From NCBI GenBank assembly GCA_010909165.1, contig VJWM01000281.1, forward strand, positions 1 through 64,000: a stretch of DNA of 64,000 nucleotides. Reading direction: 5' to 3'. The notes below the pieces were generated by a model that worked only from the letters and a program-made list of their open reading frames with translations, was not told the origin of the DNA and searched no databases. Source of the stretch: Anthoceros angustus (lineage: Eukaryota > Plantae > Anthocerotophyta). Numbering within the stretch: position 1 is the stretch's first letter; each line of letters begins with the position of its first letter. Both the position numbers and the translations under genes were made by a program. This document shows, piece after piece, positions 12,219 through 24,600 of the stretch.

Positions 12219-15200
12219 TGTGGGAAATCCGGGGCTTCAGATTCACCCTCTAGTGGCCACACTTATCACTTATCGCTAAATACATAGGTTTCGTCCCATG
12301 AGACTCTTGTTTGTCGGTCCGCATCAAGGCACAAACCACACGCCTCTTCACACCCCAAGCTCCCTCACACGGTGGAGCAACTTCAACTCACTCCCACGGC
12401 AGCACGCCTCACCATGCGCTCTCAATCACCGCTTCTAGACCTACAACGACACCCTCGATTATGGGTCCACACCCCACGGAGGTCGGCTACGCGTAGGGAC
12501 CCCCTACGTTGCAGCGCGACTTCACCACCCGTGATCGTCCACTATTCCTTTCCCATCGCCTTCCCACAATTGGCACACCCCTCAACCACCAACTCTCGGC
12601 GGCCGCGCGCTCCGCCGTGGATCACCGCTCCTGGACCTAGCGACATCCTCGTCGTAGGTCCCACCCTATGCAGTAGGTCCACCGTCTGCGGGGACCCCCT
12701 ACGTAGGCGCGACTTCTCCACCCGTGATTTTGAGACCTTAGCTTCCGGTCTCGGTTTGGTGCGGATTTGGGACCCTCCCTTAGGCTCGACTTGGGCCTTC
12801 TTCTTACTCTAATCTCTACCTACTCCTCTACTCAACATTCGGCTCCACATTCTCCTCAACACACTCACCTCAACTCAACTCCTCATCCTCCTAATCTAAC
12901 CTTACTTCAAGCTCGGCCCTAGCTCGCCCTCAGCTGTGCACAGGTGCCTACAAACAAGTTCTTCCTTGGGGGTTGCTATGAGTTTGCACAGACAGTGAGA
13001 ACCTCCAGTCTTTCCATAGTCTACCCTCAAGCCGAGTTCCTTGGGCATCGCCACACACCCAAAGCAAAGCAATTTCACGCAACCATTCACAAGGGGCAAC
13101 TGCGGGCGCTCGCAAGGGAGCCTCAACACTCCGAGCAAACTCCCTCTCTACGGGCCTTCGTTGGCAGGCCGCACGAACTTCCTTCACAAGGAGCAAAGGA
13201 CTCGCGAGTTTGGGAGGCGCAAGAGATAATTTTACTTCAAGCTCCCTCCTTTTATAGGAGGTCCTCACATACTGACCTCCCACAGGCCCCACAGCCGCCT
13301 CACTCCTTATTTTAGTGTATCCCTACTCTTTTAAGTTCGACATCCAAGCATCTTGGGTAAAATTCTATTCTAGCAAATTCACCTATGTGAGCCTTAATGG
13401 CTCTCCCCATTCCTATCTAGCTAGTCAACACACCCCTCTTGGGTTGACAAGCATTAATGCTGTCCTCCCTAAAGAAAAGTCTCCCCAAGCAATGAGCCCA
13501 CACTCCAAGCTACCACCCTTCAATTACCTCTAGATGTAGTGCATCGCTGGTGATCCTACGGATGTAGGGCCACCCTCTACACCTCCTACGGACGTAGGGT
13601 CACTTCTTATGGCCTCGCCTCCACACTCTCCTTGAAGGTCTCCCGTGGCGGATCTTGCTCCATGCCTTCCTCTTCCTCCTCCAAGTCATCCTCTCGGCCT
13701 TCCATACACATCGGATGTGTTGGGCTCCCGGCACCACTAGTCCTTGCATCCCTACCTCGTTCCTCAAGTTCCTCTCCGGCTCCCTAGCCAACTTGCCCTT
13801 CTTAGGTGCAGCGCTTTCACCATCTTGTACCTTCAAAATAAGCGCACCAAGACAAGCTTGGGCGCCACCTTGTTTCCACCTAGTTGTCACCTCGGTTTCT
13901 ACACACAATTGCGATTTCTTCACTTGCCACACAAAATCCACCGAGAGCAACCTTTTCCACTTACTTCCTCTTCACTCCACAGTCCCACCTAGCTCAAACT
14001 TGATGCCCTGCATACACTCCTTATGCGCCCAAATCCCTCACTTGCAAGGTCCTAGGCACGCAAAATTCAGCTGCCCTCTTCTGTTGTGCTTCAAATCCCT
14101 TCACACACAACTCCTTATGCACACCTCCTTCTCCTTGCACACATGGGCACGTTCTCACCAAGTCCTTGCTCTAGCTTTCCGCATTCTTTGCATGCACAAG
14201 CTCTTTGCTCGCTCTTCCGATTCCTCGCTTCCTAGGTGCCACTCCTACACACCGCTTGCATGGACACCCTACACTACCTACCCCTTTATTTTTATTATTA
14301 TTCCTAAATATCCTTGGCCACACTACTACCTACCCACATATATTTATGTTTTATTAACTTCCTAGGTTTGTACCCTATACAAATCTTGCTTCCCAAGTCC
14401 ATGTAGGGTGTCGCACTTCCAAGTTGCCCACATAGCTCCACTCCCTACGTGGGGACCTCACCACTCCTGGTGGGAGACACTCTCATCCTACCTACCCCCT
14501 CATGGGGAGCTCACCACATCCCTACCCATGTGAGGGCACTCACACCTATCTATCTGCCTAACTAATCCCTACTTGTTCCCTACATCTCCCTACTTGTTCC
14601 CTACCTCGGTGGGGCGATTGCCTACTTATGGACACGCACCGTCCTACCCTATACATGAATACATGAATACATGACATACATACATACATAGAGTGCACCT
14701 CCCTTCACTGCTCCGGCGGGTGCACCTCCCTCATGAGTGACTTTGAAACCCTATGCAGCCTCAGCTGTCCATGTGGGGCCCCCCCCCTCCATTCTTGTAG
14801 GGCCAACTATCACCCACACCTACCCTAGGGCTCTCATGTGACAAATATAATAAGTTGAAACACCTCACACAAAGGTGCCCCATCCGTCTTGATCCACCCC
14901 TAGGACGCTTAACTCTGGGTTCTTACATTTCCTTTGTCCAACACACCCAATTGGCTTGCTGTCACTCATCAAGAATAAAATGAACTTATTCCCGGTGAAC
15001 TTCTCATCTCGTACCAACCCTCCTTGCTATCCATTTCTCCTCGCGGCCACAAGCGGCCTCCCTTCACTTTGACTTGACTTGCAGGCCCACTGCAAATTCC
15101 GCGTCATGATGCACACCCGTTGTGATCCCTTCACCATGTTGCGGCCACACAGCTTCCTTCTATGGTTTGGCCACACCTCCATCTTGCAGCTACAAATTCA

Positions 15201-16085
15201 CTGCCGTGAGTGCTCTACCACGGCCTTTCCTAGTTCAACACACCTATCATGCCATCCTCACATCGTGACTCCATTGAGCACTTCCATGTGCCTCGCATCA
15301 TGGCCTCCTCTTGCAACCCTTGTGGCTGCTCACCTCAACATGAGCTCCTCGCTCCCATCCTTGCACCAATTCTGCTCCTCTCTGCATCTTGAGCTCCCAA
15401 CCGAGAGCCCCATAGCAGATCTGCACAATTCCACCATTACGGGCACTTGACCCATCTTCCTGCAACCCTTGCCACACATCTCTACCTAGCAGTCCTCCTT
15501 CTTGCAAAATCTCAATATGAGCACGCCCATGTCTCACTTCTTCCACACATGTGGCAAATTACTTTGCCTTCCCCTCAAACTTGGTGGTGGCCCCAATAAT
15601 CGAGGCCTTTGCCTCTGCCAAGCCTATCAGGCTGCTTGTCGGCAACCTCAAACTACTTCCTTGGCTTAATTGCCTTCACCCTTTTCCTACCGTGGTAGGA
15701 GCTACTCTGTTGGGTCATCAAAGCAGCTAGCTGGGCACGCTTACCTCACGGTGGTGGGACATTCTCATACCACACTACGGGGTGGGAGTTCTCTCCGCCT
15801 TAGCCTACTGTGGTAGGAGTTTCTCCTCTCGGTGGTAGGATACCTCCTACCGCAGGTAGGACATCTCCTACCGTTCACATATGTCTCCTACCCTCCTCAC
15901 TAGAGGTCATTTGATCCGTTTCTTTTCCCTAAGTATCCTCTCTGCCTTCCGTGACATCCTACAACTCCAGCTTCAATCAGACAAAAACATTTCTCGCATG
16001 TTTCCACCAAACCATTTCTATCAAAAGAATTCGGACTGTTCAAAACAACTCATAAACCGATTTGCCCCAAACTTTTAGCGTTCCT
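12219..16085 (-). repeat. 5' LTR of element copy 1
   Basis: Direct repeat of 3941-7800; TATA-like cctataaaagg on the minus strand at ~13248-13258. Confidence 0.88.
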
Positions 16086-16804
16086 GGATAGGCACCTGAG
16101 ACCCCGCGAGGCCAAAATTTGGGGAGCAAGAGTCTCTTGGATCTTGGGAGCCACATTTGAGTAGCCATCGCGCTTGTCCAGAACACGTGTTCAAATATTT
16201 GACTCACCTTGTTCTTGTTGAGTATGCCTAACTCGGTTAGTTGATCCTAGGTTAGTCTCTCAAGCTAAACTAACAGTACATCCTATAGCTAGCTAGCTAG
16301 CCCTCGTGCTTGACTGTCGGACGCCGCCACGGCCCGGGCCGGATTAGGTGGCTCGGCTATGTCCATCATGTACCTCATGTTATGTCCTTCACGGTGGAGC
16401 TTGCTCAATCCTCCGTGACGATTAACAAAAGCTCATACACTCTTAAGTGCACAAGCACGAAGCAATTGTAACTATGGTTGATATAAACATAATTTCTAAG
16501 AAGGCACAAGTTGGTCTTGAAGATGGTGCTGTGTCGTATTCTGGCACCATTCTTGCGTGCCTTTTGAGACATGTTGTATGATTCCCCAATGTGCCAAGAG
16601 ATTATTCTTTTACTTGTTCAAACATGAAGATCACTTTTTGGTCTTTGCCCTCTTCCTCGTCTTGGCATTTTCGGCTGATTTGTGGAGCAACCCACTAATG
16701 TTTCATTATAACTTATTTCAAAAAACTTTAATGAAATCCATATGGACATATACATATGTCCAAGCAGTTCTAAATCAGGGCGTGAGGAAAATGCAAATGC
16801 TAGC

Positions 16805-17071
16805 CTAGTCTAGAAAAATAATGAGTTTTGCTTTCTCACCGTCTTCTTGGACCGCGTCAACCCGGTAGTAGACATCGATTGGCACGCTTAGGCTATGAAT
16901 ATCGGTCTCAAATATTTTTCACAGGCGTGACGAGGCACGACCCACTGTCGTCTTCTTGTTCAAGGTACAATACACTATTTCAAGATCGCAGTGGACATTT
17001 GAAAGGTCCTTGAGATAGCTTTGCACGACTTTTGTGATTTTTGGTTTTGCCCAGCTCTTACGCTTGCCCAT
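16805..17071 (-). pseudogene. ELF1: Elf1-family copy 2 (indel-disrupted as assembled)
   Basis: Start and stop contexts match the intact copy; small internal indels. Confidence 0.8.
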
Positions 17072-19300
17072 GTTTCTCAATGTCTTATTCTGTGAGTTAG
17101 GCTCTTTATTTTCTTGGATCTAAAAAGCGAAAGGAGAGCGGTTACTAGGATTCAATACCGTGTTGTTCACACGATGGAACATATAGTCTTTCTTTCGGTG
17201 AAATTTCTCGGTATTTATTCAAAGATATTTACAAGCCAGCTCACAAAAAAACCCTATTGTGGCTATCATGATGTGCAAGCTTGATCACATGTTGCTCACC
17301 CTAATAAACCCCCACGGTCCTAGTTCATAGTTCAAATCACTTGGCCAACTACTAGTTGAATTCAACGGCATTGCCAATCGAGGAGGTCTTTACTATGTAG
17401 AAAAGGTTTTTTTTTTTTTTGGTTGGAAGTTTCATGCCAAAGTGGTTAAAAAGTAACGTTTGGGTCGGACCGTTCGATGATAGTTCATACATAAGCAATC
17501 ATGCTTTAGTAGAAATTAATCCAAAATAGAATGTAGTTTCTCTTTGATGTAGACTAAGACTAAGCTTGAACTATCATTGAACTACTAGTTTGGCATGGAC
17601 CTCGTCTGTGTTCTTGTTCTCTTTGCACTTTTGAATAGGTTTTCAAAGTTTTGGTGTTTCATACTCAAGATGGGGTATTGTTATTCTTCTTCTATTTATC
17701 TATCTAGGTACATGACTAGCATCAACAAATCCATCAATTGCAAGAATGTATCCAAGCGATGGACAATAAACACCAACAATATTTTTGCCAACTTCATTGC
17801 TAGTTCTAAATAAAGCTCCAAAACCTACATTATTTACATCGTCCTCGAAATTAGCATACAATGAGCCTAATTGTGTCTTCGTATATGTGGGCGTGGTTTG
17901 ATCTTGGCATGCAAGTCCTTGCACTACATGTCGGTACTAGGTGCTTCTTTGGCTTCTTGATCCCACTCCTCGTGAGACAGTTTTATGAGCCTCCAATGTG
18001 CCATGTGATTATTCTATTACTTGGCCAATCACGATGATTACTTTTTGGTCTTTGCCCTTTTCTATTCTTGGAATTTTGGTGATTTGTTGAGTAGCCTACC
18101 AACTACGGACCGTGATCCAAGGGGCGAGCATAGTCTCGATGAGCTAAGCACCTAATCGGCTGCAGCAGCGAGATGGTGGACGGCAAGGAGGCGGCTTGCG
18201 ACTAACCATAGTCGTGCTAGCCTAGGTTAACTCACTAGAGCATAGTTAGCAAACCGTAGTCAAGAACCTCGGGTTACACAAATTGGACATGGACACGGAC
18301 CGCGCGGGGCTACAAGTCACCGCGCCAAGATCAAGAAGACTCTCTTCTTCATGCCCCTCGCCTCGCCGAGGCCCTCGTCATGCGCTCATATATGGTATCA
18401 AAAGCCTATCCATCGATGCATTGCGGCGATGTTTCTTGAAGATCTCAATGCCGGGTGGATCAAAAGAAGGAGATATGGGAGCTTGCGTGCGATCGGCATT
18501 TATTGGGGCTTAGGGCGACGGAGCAGACCTTGTCATAGCATTAGGGCTTATCCGACTTCTAGAAGGTAGTTAATATAAGCGGCATCCTACGAGATGGGCA
18601 CCCACGAGGCACGAGGAGGCGGCAAGCTGGGAGAGAGAGTCTCTTGGATCTTGGGGGCAATTTGAAGTAGCCAGCGCCCAGCCACGTGTTCAAATATTTG
18701 ACTCACCTTGTTCTTGACTAGAGTATGCCTAACTCGGTTAGTTGATCCTAGGTTAGTCTCTCAAGCTAAACTAACGTACATCCTATAGCTAGCTAGCTAG
18801 CCCTCGTGCTTGCGGCTATGTCGGATGCCGCCAGCCCTCGGCCGGGGATTAGCTCGCTATGTCCATCATAGCCTCGCGATCGACTATGTCCTTCACTGGA
18901 GCTTGCTCAATCCCGTGTGATTAACAAAAGCTCATACACTCTTAAGTGCACAAGCACGAAGCAATTGTAACTATGGTTGATATAAACATAATTTCTAAGA
19001 AGGCACAAGTTGGTCTTGAAGATGGTCTTTGTGTATGTATTCGCACCATTCTTGCGTGCCTTTTGAGACATGTTGTATGATTCCCCAATGTGCCAAGAGA
19101 TTATTCTTTTACTTGTTCAAACATGAAGATCACTTTTTGGTCTTTGCCCTCTTCCTCTTCTTGGCATTTTCGGCTGATTTGTGGAGCAACCCACTAATGT
19201 TTCATTATAACTTATTTCAAAAACTTTAATCAAATCCATATGGACATATACATATGTCCAAACATACAAATCGGCGTGAGAGGAAAATGCAAATGCTAGC

Positions 19301-19563
19301 CTAGTCTAGAAAAATAATGAGTTTTGCTTTCTCACCGTCTTCTTGGACCGCGTCAACCCGTAGTAGACATCGATTGGCACGCTTAGGCTATGAATATCGG
19401 TCTCAAATATTTTTCACAGCGCCGCACGAGGCCCCCTCGTCTGCCTTCTTGTTCAAGGTACAATACACTATTTCAAGATCGCAGTGGACATTTGAAAGGT
19501 CCTTCGATAGCTTTGCACGACTTTTGTGATTTTTGGTTTTGCCCAGCTCTTACGCTTGCCCAT
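19301..19563 (-). pseudogene. ELF1: Elf1-family copy 3 (indel-disrupted as assembled)
   Basis: As for copy 2. Confidence 0.8.
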
Positions 19564-19724
19564 GTTTCTCAATGTCTTGTTACCGTGAGTTAGGCTCTTT
19601 ATTTTCTTGGATCTAAAAAGCGAAAGGAGATTTCCATTAGGATTCAATACCGTATTTGTTCACACGATGGAACATATATAGTCTTTCTTTCGGTGAAATT
19701 TCTCGGTATTTATTCAAAGATATT

Positions 19725-20947
19725 TACAAGCCAACAAGTTCTTCCTTGGGCGGTTGCTATGAGTTTTGCACGAGAACCTCCGAGTCTTTCCTGTAGTCTA
19801 CCCTCAAGCCGAGTTCCTTGGGCATCGCCACACACCCAAAGCAAAGCAATTTCACAACCATTCACAAGGGAGCAACTGCGGGCGCCGCAGGCAGCTCTCA
19901 TGCACTCCGAAACTCCCTCTCTACGGGCCTTCGTTAGCTTGCGGGCGAACTTCCTTCAGCAAAGGACTCGCAGGTGGGAGGCGCAAGACACGATAATTTT
20001 ACTTCACAAGCTCCCTCCTTTTATAGGGAGGTCCTCACATCTGACCTCCCACAGCGCGCCCTCTTGGCCTGCCTCACTCCTTATTCTAGTGTATCCTATG
20101 TCCTTTAAGTTCGACATCCAAGCATCTTGGGTAAAATTCTATTCTAGCAACTTCACCTATGTGAGCCTTAATGGCTCTGTCAACATTCCTATCTAGCTAG
20201 TCAACACACCCTCTTTGGGTTGACAAGCATTCTGTCCTCCTCTAAAGAAAGTCTCCCCAAGCAATGAGCCCACACTCCAAGCTACCACCAACCCCTTCAA
20301 TTACCTCTAGATGCGTCATGCTGGTGATCCCTACGGATGTAGGGCCACCCTCTACACCTCCTACGGACGTGGGGTCAACTTCTTATGGCCCTACCGCCTC
20401 CACTCTCCAAGAAGGTCTCCCGTGGCGGATCTTGCTCCATGCCTTCCTCTTCCTCCTCCAAGTCATCCTCGGCCTTCCATATATCGGATGTGTTGGGGCT
20501 CCGGCCATTCCTTGCATCCCTATTCTCCAGCCTCAAGTTCCTCTTCTGGCTCCCTAGCAACCAACTTGCCCTTCTTAGGTGCGGCGCTTTCACCATCTTG
20601 TACCTTCAAAATAAGCGCACAAGACAAGCTTGGGCACACCCCCGCTTGTTTCCACCTAGTTGTCACCTCGGTGTCTACACACAATTGCGAGCCTTCACGC
20701 CACAAAATCCACCAAGAGAGCAACTTGCCCTTTTCCACTTACTTCCTCTTCACTCCACGGTCCCACCTAGCTCAAACTTGATGTCCTCCCACCTCCTTAT
20801 GCCCAAATCCCTCACTTGCAAGGTCCTAGGCACAAAATTCAGCTCCTTGCCCTCTTCACGATTGTGCTTCAAATCCCTTCACACACAACTCCTTATACGC
20901 ACACCTCCTTCTCCTTGCACACACATGCGTTCTCACCAAGTCCTTGC
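19725..20947 (-). mobile_element. Internal fragment of the long LTR replacing part of a satellite unit
   Basis: Matches ~4667-5930; junction microhomologies tacaagcca and caagtccttgc. Confidence 0.85.
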
Positions 20948-21626
20948 ACTACATGTCGGTACTAGGTGCTTCTTTGGCTTCTTGATCCCACTCCTCGTGA
21001 GACAAGTTTTATGAGCCTCCAATGCGCCATGTGATTATTCTATTACTTGGCCAATCACGATGATTACTTTTTGGTCTTTGCCCTTTTCTATTCTTGGAAT
21101 TTTGGTGATTTGTTGAGTAGCCTACCAACCACGGGGACCGTGATCCAAGGGGACGAGCATAGTCTCGATGAGCTAAGCACCTAATCGACGAGCGACCAGA
21201 GATGGTGGATGCGGCAAGGGAGGCTGGCTTGCGACTAACCATAGTCGTGCTAGCCTAGGTTAACTCACTAGAGCATAGTTAGCAAACCGTGAGTCAAGAA
21301 CCTCGGGTTACACAAATTGGACATGGAACCACTGACCGCGAGGCTACAAGTCACACGCGCCAAGATCAAGAAGACTCTCTTCTTCATGCCCCTCGCCTCC
21401 CATGATCGAGGCCCTCGTCATGCGCCATATATGGTATCAAAGCCTATCCATCGATGCGGCCGATGTTCTTGAAGATCTCAATGCCTTTGGGTGGATCAAA
21501 AGAAGGAGATATGGGAGCTACGTGCGATCGGCATGTTGGGGCTTAGCGAGCAGACAAGCCTTGTCATAGCATTAGGGCTTATCCGACTTCTAGGCGGTTA
21601 ATATAAAGCGGCATCCTACGAGATGG

Positions 21627-24600
21627 TGTGGGAGGAAAACCCGGGCTTAGATTCACCCTCTAGTGGCCACACCCTACACTACCTACCCACATATTTATGT
21701 TTTATTATTCCTAGGTTTGTACACCTTATCCCAATCTTGCTTCCCAAGAACCCATGTAGGGCCACCCTCTACACCTCCTTCTCCTTGCACATAGACCTCT
21801 CACTCCCTACGGTGGGAGACCTCACCACTCCCTATGGTGAGACACTCTCATCCTACCTATCTACCTACCTAACTAATGCCCATAGGGCCGCACCCTACAT
21901 CCTACCCGCATCTGTCCCTACTTGTTCCCTACCTCGGTAGGGATGCGTGGACACGCACCGTCCTACCCATATACATACATGAATACATGAATACATACAT
22001 ACATAGTGCACCTCCCTTCACACTCCCGTGGTGCACCTCCTCGTAGGGCACCTCCTCCTACGGTGGGGTGCCATGCCTCACGTCCACTACCACATCCTAC
22101 CTATCTACCTACCCTACGTACCCATTTTGACACCTCATCCTACCTATCTACCTACCTAACTAATGCCCATAGGGAGCCCCCTCCATTCTTGTAGGGCCAA
22201 CTATCACCCTACACCTACCCTCGTAGGGCTCTCATGTGACTTCACAAATATAATAAGTTGAAACACCTCACACAAAGGCCCCATCCGTCTTGATCCACCC
22301 CTAGGACGCTTAACTCAGTTCTTACATTCACATCCAACACACCAAATTGGCTCACAACACTCACCTCAACTCAACTGAATAAGTTATTCCCGGTGAACTC
22401 CTCTCGTATCAACCCTCCTTGCTACCCATTCTCCTCGCGGCCACCACGGCCTCCCTTCACTTTGACTTGCACGCAAATTCCGCCGTCATGATGCACACCC
22501 GTTGTGATCCCTTCACCATGTTGCGCACCGCAACCGCCTTCCTATGGTTTGGCCACACCTCCATCTTGCAGCCCATCTACAAATTCAGCTGCAGTGCTCT
22601 ACCATGGCCTTTCCTAGTTCAACACCGCCTATCATGCCATCCTCCCGTGACTCCATTGAGCACTTCCATGTGCCTCGCCATAGCCTCCTCTTGCAACCCT
22701 TGTGGCTGCTCACCTCAACATGAGCTCCTCGCTCCCATCCTTGCACCAATTGCTCCTCTCTCGCATCTTGAGCTCCCAACCTAGAGCCCTGCGGATCACT
22801 GCACAATTCCACCATTACGGGCACTTGGCCCATCTTCCTTAACCCTTGCCACATCTCTACCTAGCAGTCCTCCTTCTCCTTGCAAAATCTCAGCATGAGC
22901 ACACCATGTCTCACTTCTTCCACACATGTGGCAAATTACTTTGCCTTCCCTCAAACTTGGTGGTGGTCCCCAATAATCAGGCCTTTGCCTGCAAGCCTAT
23001 CAACAGCTTGTGGCAACCTCAAGCTACTTCCTTGGCTTAATTGCCTTCACCCTTTTCCTCGTGGTGGGAGACCTCACCACTCCCTATGGTGGAGACACTC
23101 TCATCCTACCTATCTACCTACGGTGGTGGGACATTCTCCTCAACACTCACCTCAACTCAACTCCTCATCCTCCTAATCTAACCTTACTTCAAGCTCACTG
23201 CCCTAGCTTACGCAAGACAACCGCCTGGGTCCGCCTACAAGCCAACAAGTTCTTCCTTGGGCGGTTGCTATGAGTTTGCACTGACAATGAGAACCTGTGG
23301 AGTCTTTCCTGTAGTCTACCCTCGAGAGTTCCTTGGGCATCGCCACACACCCAAAGCAAAGCAATTTCACAAAGAACCATTCACAAGGGAGCAACTGCAG
23401 AGGCGCCTGCAAGGAGCGAGCCTCCGCCAAGCACTCCGACCACCGCAAACTCCCTCTACCAGACGTTAGCTTGCGGCACGAACTTCCTTCACAAGGAGCA
23501 AAGGACTCGCGAGTTTGGGAGCGCAAGACACGATAATTTTACTTCACAAGCTCCCTCCTTTTATAGGGAGGTCCTCACATACAGCCTCGGCGCCCTCCTG
23601 CACGCCTCACTCCTTATTTTAGTGTATCCCACGATTTAAGTTCGACATCCAAGCATCTTGGGTAAAATTCTATTCTAGCAAATTCACCTATGTGAGCCTT
23701 AATGGCTCACAACATTCCTATCTAGCTAGTCAACACACCCTACTGGGTTGCACAATGCTGTCCTCCCTAAAGAAAGTCTCCCCAAGCAATGAGCCCACAC
23801 TCCAAGCTACCACCAACCCCTTCAATTACCTCTAGATGCGCCGATCGCTGGTGATCCTACGGATGTAGGGCCACCCTCTACACCTCCTACGGTGGGAGAC
23901 ACTCTCATCCTACCTATCTACCTACCCTCCTCACTAGAAGGTCATTTGATCCGTTTCTTTTCCCTAAGTATCCTCTCTGCCTTCCGACATCCTCAACTCC
24001 TTCAATCGAACAAAAACATTTCTCGCATGTTTCCACCAAACCATTTCTATCAAAAGCATTCGGACTGTTCAAAACAACTCACTTAAACCAGTTGCCCAAA
24101 CTTTTGCGTTCCACATACTCCCCTCCTCACTGTTTGCGTCCCAAACAACGAATATTGAAGGTACTTCTTAACCTTCCACCCATTCACTCTAGTTGGTAGC
24201 AAATCCCCATCCGGCTGTGTTTGCGGATCCATTCTCATACTGCCACCACGATCGGTCCTAAGCTTCAACCTAAATCCATATCATCATATAGAAGAACCAA
24301 ATCCCGGCCATGATAGCCTCTTGCTTCTTAATTCCCATCATGCCTCTCCTTTCTAAGCTCCGAATTTTGGGTTTCTTCTAAAGCCTCTTCCCTACGTTCC
24401 TCATGCTCTATGAAGACTCTAGTCTAACTTCGACTCTCCTCTCTGAACGCTCATCCTCCATGATTCTATAGGTAGGTACCTCAAATTCAATGGGCATCAT
24501 TCGTTAAATAATATGGAGTCTTCTTGGTAGTCACTTTCTCCTCACCAGCAAGCCCACAATGCTGCATCTAAGATCTTCTTCACCATGATTTACACTGAAT

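Larger units (their letters stand above)
3941..16085 (-). mobile_element. Ty3/gypsy (Tat/Athila-like) LTR retrotransposon, apparently non-autonomous, copy 1
   Basis: Direct repeats 3941-7800 and 12219-16085; TGTGG...CCACA termini on the left LTR; PPT and TGGCGC-type PBS on the minus strand; gag-like and integrase-like remnants; no RT motif seen. Confidence 0.88.
16086..21626. repeat. Macrosatellite tract 2 (about two units; one interrupted by an LTR fragment at 19725-20947)
   Basis: ELF1 stop codons at 16805 and 19301 (period 2496). Confidence 0.93.
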
